A stretch of DNA of 62,349 nucleotides, the filler included, from Hausera hauseri (lineage: Eukaryota): NCBI GenBank assembly GCA_046269625.1. It is 11 parts of 11 records of this genome, joined end to end, with 100 filler letters (N's around TTAATTAATTAA, not from the genome) between each part and the next. Parts side by side here need not be neighbours in the genome. Positions count along the whole stretch, not along the records: positions 10,961 to 16,684 come from JBJURY010198970.1; positions 16,785 to 24,189 come from JBJURY010017010.1; positions 24,290 to 28,872 come from JBJURY010518570.1; 8 more parts are not named here. One strand, written 5' to 3'. The notes under the pieces are model-generated. The model was not told where the DNA came from, made no database searches, and saw only the letters and a list, made by a program, of their open reading frames with translations. This document shows, in pieces, positions 12,333 through 24,700 of the stretch (positions are counted from its first letter, which is position 1; every line of letters begins with the position of its first letter). The translations under genes and the position numbers were made by a program.

Positions 12333-13479
12333 ACCACCACCACCACCACCAAATATGTAACAGCGATAGTGAAACTCATTAATGAAAATATTATTATTTC
12401 TCATGATTTCTTCGCTTTTTACTCTAAAGTTCAATCCTGAAATATTGGACATTTGAAGTCGAGACTGTTGTTTTTTGGAAGCACTGTTTTCAAAATTAAC
12501 AATGTGTCAATAAAATATGACCACTACACACACACTAACATATAAAATACCATGGCACTTAATTTATCGTCATTTCGAAAATTTGCGACAACCGAAGGTG
12601 GATCCTCCAGCGAATGTTAGTTTTTTTATTTTTTAACAATTTTTTATACTTTTTTATTATTAATTTTAATATTTTAATAATTTTTCCTTTTATTATTAAT
12701 TTTTATTAATGACTCATGATCGGACCACACCTGTCTGGCTGGTTATAACAATTAGGTGTACTAACAAGTCAAATCTGAATCGAACATTTATTTCCCTTTG
12801 TTTTGTACAACAACAACAACAAGTAAATGGTTTTTAATGAATGTTAGGAGCACACAAACCACATGGATTAACCAATTCTGCAGGAGAATAAACGAGTCCA
12901 TCGGAATTAGTTACATTGCAATGTTGCTTGAAACAAATCCGATCTGCTAACTGCCACGTTGGAATGTTGGAATCACCTTTTACAAAATCTTCCACAAACC
13001 GTATTTGACATGGATTGCCATCCAACGCATAGTAATCCGCCAATTTTTGATAAGTGCGAAACAACTGACCGAATATCATATCCATGTCACCAACAACCTG
13101 CTTCATATGTCGTATATAAGGTTCTCATACCCTCCCATTCTTTTCAGCACGCCGGAGTATCTCTTCAGGAGAACAGTATCGTTCATCATGTAAATGTCGA
13201 TTAAGGTTGTAAAGGTGACTCCGGAGACCGTTGAACGAGTGATATAAACGAATGAGTTCTGTTAAATGGAACATGTCCTAATGTCATACCGTAGAGAAGC
13301 GCAAGTATTTATACTGAAATGTAAACAACAAAGACACGTGAAATAAATTATACTGAAAAGTTCAATATTATTCACTTGCAGAATTTGAAAATCTGCAGGG
13401 TGACAGGAAACAATGGTACCTGTCACATCGAGCCGTACCGTACTATGAGGATTTTATTGCCGATGTAGGCGAAAAACTT

Positions 13480-16448
13480 GACGAAAAAATCGTCAACTAC
13501 ACCGAAAAGAGCAGTGGTTGACGAATTGTAAAGACTGTCACTCTCGGCTTTATTCTGACCAAGACGAATGACATGATTTACTTGTTTGGATGTTTAGTCA
13601 TACCGATACCTGCATCCTTGAAGCAGTCTCTGGCGATAGTGAATGTACAAAATACTAACGAGGAATACTGCTTTATTTACAGCATTCTGGCCACATTGAA
13701 ATATGATCAAGTGTCCAGACATCATGTAAATTGTCCAAAGCAGTACAGTAAGTATTTCTCAGAATTGGACTACGACGAGTGTTGGATGCCGATGAAACTC
13801 AAAACCATTCCGGATTTTGTACGGCGTAATTCAACACTGGCAATCAACGTGTCCCGGTACAACGCAATCGTAGAAATACCAGCAGACGAAGAGATATACA
13901 AAAACCCACACGTGAATATAATTTATCGCAGTCGAAACCCGAATGTACGCTCGGTAAATTTGTTGCTGTTGGAGCAAGCAGATAAATTTCACTACGTGAC
14001 AGTAACCAATTTGGACAGACTGCTGAATATGGATCATCATCAATTCATCAAAAATAGTATAATTTGTAAATGGTGCCTTACATGTCTGCATGATTTAAGG
14101 CCAAAAACGACATGGGTAAAACGTGGCGCTGTGCAGACAAAATTCATCATGGACAAAAATGTACGTCATGACAGTCAAAAGGAGCTGAGATTCAGTGACT
14201 GGTCGAAAGCAGACAGTCCGGCATATGCGGTATATGCCGATATCGAGGCAATCCTACAGCGCACAACGCATACGACCAAAAGCACATTCCAATCGCCGTC
14301 GGTATGTTGGTTGTTCCAATAAAAGCCGCCGAACAACCGCAATATTATGTTTTTCATAGCTGGAACTGTATACGCGATTTTCTGCAACAGTTGGAAACGA
14401 TAGTGAAAACGGAAATATTGTTACCGTGGTACAGTAACAATAGCACAAAGCCCTTGATATGGACACACGAATATGAACCGCTGCTTTTCACTGACACCGG
14501 TGAATGTTACCTCTACCACAAAATATTGCCTTTTGATGCACAGGAACGGCTCGTACCCGACCACGATCATTTCACCGCTAAATATCTGGGAGCAGCATGC
14601 AACGCATGCAATTTAACAGGGCGTGTGCGGCCATTCCTACCGGTGATCTTTTATAATTCCCGAAGTTATGATTGTCACCATATACTCAAATGGGCCATCA
14701 ACGGATTTCCTCACTGGGAACTATCCATAATCCCAACAACAATGGAGAAGTACCTGTCCCTATCAGCACGCATAAACCGGTTCTAGGTATGCTTTCTCGA
14801 TTCATTGTAATTTTTCAATGAATCATTGGCGAAGCTGGTAAATGCCTTGCCGGATATGCCGATAACCTCAAAGCAGTTCCCCACACATTGCACACAGCAA
14901 AGGCATATTTCCATATGACTTTGCAAAATCATATGAGCGACTCCGGACAGCAGAGGAATTACCGCCGCGTTGGACAGGAATCACAGAAGATGAATATCGG
15001 AGAGCACAAGAATCTTGGACAGAACTGTTCTGTAGAAACATGTTGGATTACATGCTTCAGTATCTTAAACTGGACGTGTACTTATTAGCCGATATTTTTT
15101 AGGCGTTAAGAGCGAAAGCGTTGGCGCCACTCAACTTTTGCTCAATACCCGGAATGAGTTGGGCATCACCTCTGATGTCACGGGATCGAGATATTGAACT
15201 ATTGCAAGACCCGGAAATGTACAGGCTGTTTGATGTTGGTATTCGTGGAGGTATGTCATTTGTCAACAAGCACCATGTAACCAGTGATGATACCATATCA
15301 CTGTTATATATTGACATTATTAACCTGTACAGCTGGGCGCTTTCAAAACCCTTGCCGTACGGTTCATTCGAATAGGTAGTCAACAAACAGGACCTGGACA
15401 CAATACTGGAAAATGTGTCGAGAACAGACACAACAACAGCAGAAAACAGCTCAATCGGATACCTGATAGAGGTCGATTTCGTGGTACCGGATGAGCTGCA
15501 TGACTTTTTGGATGAACTGCCGGTCGCACCAATTAGCCAATGTCCGCCGGGCTCGAAGTGAAGAAAGTGCTTATCACGCATGAACCGAAGCAAAATTACA
15601 TAGTTTATTGGCGTCTGTTGCAATTTTACATGCGGTTAGTTGTACGCGTCACACGGCTACATCACGCAATCCGATTTGCTCAGGCTCCAATATTCAAGGC
15701 GTACATAGATGGGAATTCGTAGAAATGAACCACAGCTTGTACAAAGTTCGAAAAGGACTACAAGCTGAAAACAATTGTCTGTACGGAAGAACAGTAGAGG
15801 ATCTGAAAAGGCTGCTCAATGTACGCCTGTGCAATAGCGAAAAGCGGTTAGTCACGTACACGAGTAAGGCGCAGTTTCGGCGGTCAGTGCACATTGCCGA
15901 TGGAGTGGTTTCCGTCCTTTTAAACAGAGATGTCTTTCTGGATCAGCCAAGTTACATTGGACAAGTGGTATTTGACCTGAACAAGATGCGGATGTATGAG
16001 CTGCAGTATCGCGATTTGGCACGTTACCGGCAATTGTTCAGCGGCGGCGGCAGGATCAATAAAATTGCCGGTGACACAACAACTGCACCAAATGATGACA
16101 GACGGATTACTAGGCACGTCCAATTACCCACAGAATCATCAATTGTACAGCAATGATATCACAAACAAAATCGGCTGCTTTAAGGATGGAAGTCAAGGTC
16201 GGGTTCAGTATCGGGAATGGGTATTTCTACGGCTAAAATGTTATAGCCTTTTAACTGATGGTGGACCGAAAATGCGCGCCAAAGGAATTCAGTTGCCCCA
16301 GATGGAAATAAATCACGTTGATTATTATCGTGCCTATTACAAAGAAAGAGGACAATCAAGAGCTGATGTGTCTCAAACGATCATCCGATCGATTGAGCAC
16401 CAGCTGTATACGGCGACCAATACAAAAGTCGCTTTATTATGCGTTTAG
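13480..16448 (+). pseudogene. Decayed protein-primed family B DNA polymerase (Polinton/Maverick/adintovirus type)
   Basis: Ordered motifs across frames: IVNVQN..EEYCFIYSILA, YADIEA, DHDHFTAKYLGAACNACNL, FYNSRSYDCH, KGIFPYDF, YLKLDVYLLADIF, GIRGGMS, YIDIINLYSWALSKPLPYG, NCLYGRTVE, GCFKD, KCYS, RAKGI. Confidence 0.9.
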
Positions 16449-17402
16449 AAGAAAACACGTATGAATTCGGTGCTGATGATACAGACAGATCAAATTACTG
16501 TGACAATTCATTGTGATTTCTTTATTTCCTTTTATTTCCTTGTCTTTGTCTTTTGTTTTATTATCATTTAATTTATCTCTATATTTATATATTTAACTAA
16601 ATATGACGAGAAACGATATCAAGAACAAAATCAATAAAACTTCTTAATTATAAGTTCAAATCAAAAACAAAGTAAGTCAAATCANNNNNNNNNNNNNNNN
16701 NNNNNNNNNNNNNNNNNNNNNNNNNNNNTTAATTAATTAANNNNNNNNNNNNNNNNNNNNNNNNNNNNNNNNNNNNNNNNNNNNTTGGTTTTAATACAAA
16801 TGCACCGGATTTTAAAGTTCTTGTAAATCCCAATAATATTATAGTCCAAGAGTCTTTTAAATTGGTCAGTACTTTGATGTATTTTCTCTGTTTCGGCTTG
16901 GCTTGTGCCATTTTTGAGGCATTCTTATCAATAGATCGGTAATTATATAGGCTTGGGCTCCAAACTGATTATAGTAAAACATTTGAAATCTATATCGGTA
17001 GGTTTGTCCGAAATGCAAATAGCAACATTTTCTATGAATTCCATAAGGAAAATCTCATGTTCTCATCGTGGATCTAGTTACAAATATTATTTGAAATTTT
17101 ACATGGCTCTGAATAGGTTCGCTTGCTTCAAACCAACCGCACGGTTTGCTTCAATCCATATCGTACACTCTAAGTGATTGCTTGTTTTTGATATATTTTC
17201 GTCTTGTCACATATTGTAACTTTTCGGTTAGAGTTATCGATTTCACGTTCGGTATGGACGAAGCGATTAACGATAAGGCGAGAACTATTTGCACATATGA
17301 TATTGGTCTGGTCACTATCGACTACGCTTTCTTTTCTTTATTTGTTTTGCTCGAACGCAAATTATAGCGTTTGTTTGGTCTTATATCCGTTTTAACTACT
17401 CT

Positions 17403-18300
17403 TTAAATCGAGATGACCTCTTCCTTGCCATTTTTATTTATATAAACTGTGGTCGGTGTAGTTTTGGTAACTTCATAAGGTCCTCTGCCTATCCTGGTAA
17501 GTTTAAGAAATGTGCCTTTCTTTGCCACTAGATAGTGTACGTAAACCCAATTTCCTGGTTCTAGATCGTGTGGTTCAGCATTTTTGTCATATTGATTCTT
17601 AAATTGTTCCTGATATTCTCTAGATAATTCCTTGGCTATTTCCCAACACTTGTATAGTCTTGACTGTAATACCTCGATAAAATTTTGCTCTAAATCTTCC
17701 GCTCTTGTTGTGTAGGGAATCAACCCTAAATCTGTAGGTAGTACCGCTTCTCTGCCGTACATCATGGAAAATAGAGTGAATCATGTTGCAGGATGTGGAG
17801 TAGTATTAATGGCAAATTGCGTACCTTGTAAAAACTCATCTCAATCTTTCTGGTCCTTTGCGACTACTGTCGATAAGATTCGCATAACTGTCGCGTTTAG
17901 TCGTTCAACCATTCCATTACATTGGGGATGATAAGCTGTTGTAGTTAGTCATTCGATTTCGAAAATTTTGGTAATTTTATAGAACAATTTGCTCTTAAAG
18001 TTTCTCCCTCGGTCTGTCAAAATTTGTTCGGGTGGCCCGTATCTGCAAATAATCTTCCGGACTACTACTTCTGCCAAGATCTCAGCCTTTTGGTCTACTA
18101 AAGCTATAAGTTCAACGAAATGAGTCAGTCTGTCTACACAGGTCAAAATGTATTTGTTGTTTTTGTGGGCCGTGGGTAATAGTCCTACAATATCCATAGA
18201 CATTGCTTGCATTGGTCTATCGGGCACGTCGGATCCTATATCTATGAGTGCATATACTTCCCAATCTTCCAACTGAATTTTTGCAAATGGCCTTCCTTCG
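17403..18300 (-). pseudogene. Aspartic protease N-half fused by deletion to Gypsy integrase core and GPY region
   Basis: GRPFAKIQLEDWEVYALIDIGS, then directly PDRPMQAMSMDIVG..LTDRGRNF..TTAYHPQCNGMVERLN..GRGPYEV; three in-frame TGA stops. Confidence 0.88.
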
Positions 18301-19059
18301 ATTATCATACCATAATGGTTTGGTGCTATCCGAGGGTGTCGGATTGTGGACACTTTATAACCGTTAATGGTGACTTCCGTAGTTCCAGCGGGCTGGTCGA
18401 TTAATTGTCTCAGTTCTTCAATTGGATACAATTCATTATTGGCAATATTCGCGTTTTCTATTGCTTGGTTTCTAACTGGCGGCTGAATTACTTGGTTTCT
18501 GAGATGGTATGTTTCACGGCTTCCGGTAAATATTGACTGCCTTTCGTTTGGTCTAGGTATTCTAGGTGAGTAAATTATGTTGTGATCGTCGACTGCTGTT
18601 CGACGATGTGGGGTAGCCGTTTTTTCCGTTTTGTGGACCTTACCCAATATTCCATAGCGTTTCGTTCCTTCGTAAAGATCCTCTAAACTAAACAGCTTCC
18701 GATAAATATCTGTCTGACACGAGCTCATGGATTGTTTCTCGCAATCTTCATATATAGGTGCCGTTGGCGGCAATATTGGTAATGGTGGTTTCATAACCGA
18801 GTAATTTTTGTGTCTGTTCGGCCTGGGAATGACGTCTCCTCCCTTAGGCTTGTCATCGTCGGAATTATTTCTTCGTATCTTACTATCTATAAACCTTTGC
18901 CTGTAATCGAATATGTGTCTCTTACGTTTTCGATTATGGTAGCTAACATGTCGTTCCACATTTGCTTTCCATTTACTCTCTTCATAAGCCTTTAAGAATT
19001 TGCCGAAAGGGGTAATAATAGCCGTTAAGATTTTGCACGAAAATCCTGTCAAGATGAAT

Positions 19060-20820
19060 ATCTCGTATCCATTTATAACTGCTTGAATTATCGCTTTGAT
19101 CAGCTGGATCCAAAGATAGATTGCTAGGAATCCCGACGTGGCTTGTCCAAATATCAGGAATCTTCCCCAAATTTTGTACAATATTTCCGTGGTTACTTTT
19201 TTATAATATCCAACACCAAGTAGTGACTCCTATTTCGCTTGGTAGCGCGAGTCCTGCAATATTGTATGCATTGCTCTGTTTATTTCATGTGTGCGTTGAC
19301 GGGGAAAAGCGAGAAACTGTCTGAATGCCTCTACTTTCTTTGGTCGATAAATACCCTTTTCAGCCGTATCTTGGAATTTATCATCGGTTATCCCTTTTAT
19401 TAAGTTTGTCTCTGTCAACTTGGTAGGTGGTGCAATAATACCGCCGTTCGGTAAAGTTACCCAGTCGGTTTCGCTTCGTCTGAACATTGGCTCGCGTAAA
19501 CTAGTTTTGCAGTCTCTTAAGATTGTCGGTTGAGTAGAATTAGACAATGGTACTCTGGTAATTGGTGTTACTAACCTCGGTGCGTCCTGGTATATCACTG
19601 GAAACTCTTGTATACACCTCTTCTCTTCCATATTAATCGGTACATCTTTCTTCTCGCACTCATACGTCAATAAGACCTCTCCGGTTACTCGTCCGAAAAC
19701 ATCTTCCTTCATCGAAATTATTAGTGATGCTAATTCAGGATTAGGATATATTAAAGCAAACTTAGTCGTCATAACTTCCAAGTCTAATTTACAATCATTT
19801 CTTATCGTTTTGTGGTATAACTAGGCTATCCCGCCTTGTTCTTTATAGTAGAAATAGTCATCTCTGTTTTTAGATAGTCCTCAATTCAAATGTCTTGAGT
19901 CTCGAGTTTAAACGTCCTAGCGTTTATCTCCGTCTCAGCCACAAAGAATGCTTTGTAATTGGTGGCGTACATTATGACGTCACATCTTGTGAGTACATCT
20001 TTCTTCACAAAGTTTAGTCCGTGAGTATCAGAGATGAGTATTGTAGGTGTGGACTGTTCAGCTACATCTTCTCGCGTTTTAAAATGAGTTTCTGTGCTAC
20101 TTTTATACCGTTTTCCTGTCGTCTCATTGAACTTAAGTTCTTTAATTCTTATAAAGTTGCAATCGGTCTTGGCTGGGGGTTCCCAAATTATTACAGAACT
20201 TCGAAACGGACATGTGCCGTCCTGAATGTGGCACTTGTGGTTTTAGGTATAAAGTTTGGTAACGTTGTGGAACATTACATTCTGTATACGCATTTCGGTT
20301 TCGTAAAAATTTACTACTACGATGTTCGACTCTAATCCCTTTTCGGTGTCGTATTCTGCACCGTAACAATGTCCGGTGTGCATGTCTAGCCTTCCTGCAG
20401 CCACTTTATATACTCTGATTATTTTCCCTTGTTTCATTCCAGTTCCATGCCATACCACTTTATTCTTCCGGTCTCTCTAGCTTGCTTACAATGTTTCCTT
20501 TCTAAATTCATCGGAATTGGTGGGGTTGTTGGCTTGATTATTGACGAGTGTCCATGTACCAGTCCACAATGGAAGATGCTACGAGATCGCCGCAACATAC
20601 ATTCTACTCCATCCACGGATATTAGTTCGAGTTGTTGATATAGCACGTAATTTTTCTCTTTTGTTTCTAATTTGCGTGGTCTCGCGTCGTCGCACGTTTC
20701 TAAGTCCATTAATGAATATTTTTGGCCAAGTTTAAATTTTTCACAATAATATACTGTAACCGCACCCATTTGTCTTATTAACATCATCATGGTCAAAAAA
20801 TTGATTAGCCAGCTCGACTC
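19060..20820 (-). pseudogene. Chuvirus-like (class III, gB/G-type) fusion glycoprotein with signal peptide and C-terminal TM
   Basis: WLINFLTMMMLIRQMGA-VTVYYC..YSLMDLETC..ECMLRRSRSIFHCGLVHGHSS..CKQARETG..GHCYG; later FGRVTGEVLLTYEC..CIQEFPVIY..TPITR..KGIY..FLAFP; TM FLIFGQATSGFLAIYLWIQLIKAII. The Cys pattern is that of chuvirus-type glycoproteins. Confidence 0.8.
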
Positions 20821-21524
20821 ATTTCCTCTGTGATTTCCGGTTACGTTTCGTAGCAGATCTTCAAATATATTGTTACAAAAGAATGATCTACTTTGGTGTT
20901 CTTCCTTTTTTTTCGAATAACTTAGATCAGTTCACTTCTCGAGGTAGTTTCCTGGCAGTCTTCCGTGCTAAGCTAGTGGCTTTGTTGAATTCATCTTCTC
21001 GGTTTGGGTTAGTTTTAACGGCCAGATATAACAACACTTTTCTTAGTTCTTCTACGGTATTTTCTACCATAATCTTTTCGATTATCATCTCGTTCAAAGT
21101 ACTTCTAAATAATTTACATGGCCTTGGCGGCATTAAATATGACCTTCTCTTTCTCATCCAGCATGTCACAGCTGAGACTAGAGTGGTTTACTATTCGTAT
21201 CAAATTCTTCATAAGTTCGCTCAATTCCTCGTTATCCGCATTGAAGTTTGGTATGGACATTTGTCTCAATTCTTTGATTAGGTATCCACTACAGTCGATT
21301 TCTTCTCGCGTTTTCCGTGGTCTACCGATAGGACGCTTCTGTTTTGTTACAGTAGGTACACTGCCGTTTGGCGGTACCAAATTTTTATCGTATTGCTCAT
21401 TATCTTCGTCTGTCTGCAGATATTCGAAATATACTGCGGCATCTCGGACTTCTATTATTCATCCTACCTGCTGTTCTGCTTTAGCCTTCCTTATAACTTC
21501 CTCCTTTGTTTCGTCGATAGTGGT

Positions 21525-21745
21525 GGTTACCACTAACCAGTTTACCTCGCCCGGAATAATGCCAACTTCTATCAATAATTTTGACTCGTCTAGTGTCTTT
21601 CCTCTAAAATAAAGTCTATAGCTCAGCTCATTGGCGTATCCATTGTCATTTATCCACAGTAAAACATCCTTTACAAGGGAGCGCGTAGTGAACTCTTGTT
21701 CCTTCTCGTCCATCCAGTCTGATACTATCTTTACTGGGATTACTT
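21525..21745 (-). pseudogene. Ubiquitin-like domain within the element polyprotein
   Basis: IPVKIVSDWMDEKEQEFTTRSLVKDVLLWINDNGYANELSYRLYFRGKTLDESKLLIEVGIIPGEVNWLVV aligns by eye to ubiquitin [31 protein letters not shown]; no terminal GG. Confidence 0.65.
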
Positions 21746-24700
21746 CCTCTGCCCTTAAATTTAAGATTTTAGAATATTCCTTGAGTAAAAGCTTAAATAC
21801 CGTATAGAAATCGTACCTTCGCTAGCTAATTTAGTTAAAGTGGGAGCTAGATGTCTTAATTGATTTTCAGTAAGGTTCAATTCAATTAATTGAATTAAAT
21901 ATTTCTCGGTTTGTACCAGGTCCAGAAGCACTCCTACATTGAACCTTTGGTTCGGAGAATATACCACCATTACATCCAATTGTATTGGGGTTTCCGGATG
22001 CTCGGCAATCATTGCGTCTAAATATGCCTCCCAATCTGATTCGTTTTTATCGTCTGGTGGTTGATAGCCCCTCGACAATGTATCAGTTGGCCTGTCCACA
22101 CCTGCGGTCCATGTAGTTTTTAGGAGGTCTTGTAGTTTTTGTTGCATTTGAACCATTTTCGTCATTCGGAAATATCGTCCATTAGCGGACGTTTTGTGGA
22201 GAAATGTTAACAACGAGCATAATCCTTCGGGTAAAATTAAACTCTTCTATTGATATTTCGTTAGTTCAGACGTGAGATCTCGTTGCCATCTTTGAACGAA
22301 TTGCGACTTGTCAGCTTTTTCTGCTTCTGTAAGGGCGTATTTGTTTTTATAGACCTCGAGTTCTCTAGCTAGTTCGTCTAATCTTATCGTTCTCTGTTTC
22401 GTCTTAATGCAAGTTTCTTCGACTTGTTGTATCTGTTGCAACAGTTGTCTTAGTTTCTCGTCATTAATTTCTGACATTTCTGCTATCAATAGCGCTAATT
22501 CGTACATCTCGTTAATATTCTTTGAATCAGAATCTATCGCATCTAATATTTTTTTACAAATTTGATCTCTTCGAAACTAAGGCGGTGGTCGATCTTTATT
22601 TTAATTAGTTCAGCATGAAGTCTTTGATCCCTTCCGTCCATCCATTCTTGTGGCTAATGTAAGAACTTCACTGCTTCTTCCACGATTGACAGATATTCGG
22701 GACAAAAGTCCAAGGTTTTAAGATCTTGGATCGTGATTTCTTAAATAGACTTGGCTGTCAGACACCGTATTCCTTTCAGGCGGACATCTCTTAATCGCCG
22801 ATAGAAATCACACGTCGCATTTCGTTTCCGTACGAAGTTCGTTTCTTCGATCATCTTATATAAATCATATAGTATCGTAAATTCTTGTTTCTTTTCCATG
22901 AAGTCCAATTGGCGTCATGCTTCGAATTGGGTTCGGATATTAATTTCTGCCCTCATTGTATCTAGATTTTGGGCGTCTTCCTCCAATCGCTTCTTTACTA
23001 TAGGCTCGCTCTCTGGAAATTCGTTCTTCTGTCTGTTTATTAAGTCACTCAACCATGTTATTACTTTGGACCATACGTTCAACTGATTAGCGATTTTCGG
23101 CTTTGCCAAAATCGCTTTGTCTAACATTTCGCGAGCGTCCTCTAGCTCGTCATATGGACCTTTAATAAAATCGATAATCCGGCAGGCATAATAAAACTCG
23201 TCCTTGTATTCGTCAAACTCGAGGATGCAAGCCATAATTATTTTCTGTGTTTCGTCGTTATTTGGATGCATAATTCTGTTCCTTAAACCACATATCTGCG
23301 ATCGTTTTTCGGCTTCAATCCTAATACGATTTTCCAAATTGGTATATTGCTTTGATGCCGTCGAAGCAATCTTTATCATTTCCATCAAGGGTGGACTATC
23401 TATTGAATCTATGCCCAACATTTCTAGGTCATTTGATCTCGTTCCTTGACCGGTTTCCTCTTGAGTCGTTCGACTACTGCAAATTTAATTTCATCCATGA
23501 CACGCTCTAAGTTACGTGCTGCTCTTTTTAACTTTGGGTTGGTCTTTAATGTAGTTAATACTGACTGAGCTTGGTTGATTCTATCTTCGACATGCTGGGT
23601 AATTTTGTCCCATGCCTCCGGGACCTTCACTCCATTTTTCATCCATATTTCTATTTCATTTTCCCACTTGGCCAATGTTTCTTTTGCCACTTCTTCAGGT
23701 TGATCCAAATCTATAGCTTCACTTAGTTTCCCTTCGCTATATAATTTCATCTTTTTATATAATCTCTCTACAAACTGTTGTTCCTTGCCAGAAATATCCA
23801 CTTGTTCACTCATTGCCTTGAGTTTCTCTAGATTCTGTTGCACTACCTCTGGGTTGAAGCAATTTATCCTCATTCTTTTTAATTAATCGGCATTTTTCCA
23901 CGAGCGTCTGACTTTCCACTTTTTAGGATCGAGTTTCTCTTCATGTTCTGTTTCCTCTTCGCTAGTAGGTAAAGGACATATATCATTTATTTCATTTACA
24001 GATTTCCTTAACTCACCCATGTCGCCTGGCGTAAGTAAATTAATTTCTGGAGTGTTCAAGGCGAATTCTGTGTCACTGTCTAACGCGATTTCGGTTTCTC
24101 TCTTTGCGCTGGACTTCTCCTTAATCATTGGGGATCTCGAACGATCCTTGCGTTTTCGTCTCAATGATGGGCTACGGCCTCTATTCTTGNNNNNNNNNNN
24201 NNNNNNNNNNNNNNNNNNNNNNNNNNNNNNNNNTTAATTAATTAANNNNNNNNNNNNNNNNNNNNNNNNNNNNNNNNNNNNNNNNNNNNGGTCAGTTTCC
24301 CAGATCCAGTTTTCAGCGTCCACCTGAACACATCCGGTATCAGATTGACAACCAAAACCAGAGGCTCCTGATGCAAAACTCAGATGGATGCTGTATATAT
24401 CTGAAGACTACCTGTATGTGTTCTGTGGGCCTAGCCAGACTCACCTCCCCGATCCACAGCTCTGTCTGTCTTCTCAGGCTGCTGAGAAGGAACAATAATA
24501 CAATCCAATTATTAAAAGTCAGAGTCAAAGTTAATTATCTGGTAGCAAGTTCTATCCTGGGACCACAGTGTTTACCTTCAACAGAGTCATAATGCCTCCT
24601 GGTTTGCACAACAGATATTTCTTTTTTTNNNNNNNNNNAGTGAACACCATTCCTTTAACCCTGCAAAATCCAATTCTCTACACCCACTGCATAAAATATT

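Larger units (their letters stand above)
16785..24189 (-). mobile_element. Fragment of a large decayed Ty3/Gypsy element whose polyprotein carries accessory domains and an envelope glycoprotein upstream of protease/integrase
   Basis: Whole contig is co-oriented minus-strand ORF pieces separated by single stops or frameshifts; Gypsy-type integrase near the 3' end. Confidence 0.85.

Noticed and set aside
17770-17951. In-frame TGA codons in integrase suggesting a TGA=Trp genetic code
   Set aside because: Only one of three falls at an expected Trp. TAA/TAG stops and frameshifts occur elsewhere in the element, so this is pseudogene decay.
24340-24600. Possible terminal exons of a fish gene (SLRRQTELWIGEVSLARP...)
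   Set aside because: Plausible splice sites, but too short and no family recognised.
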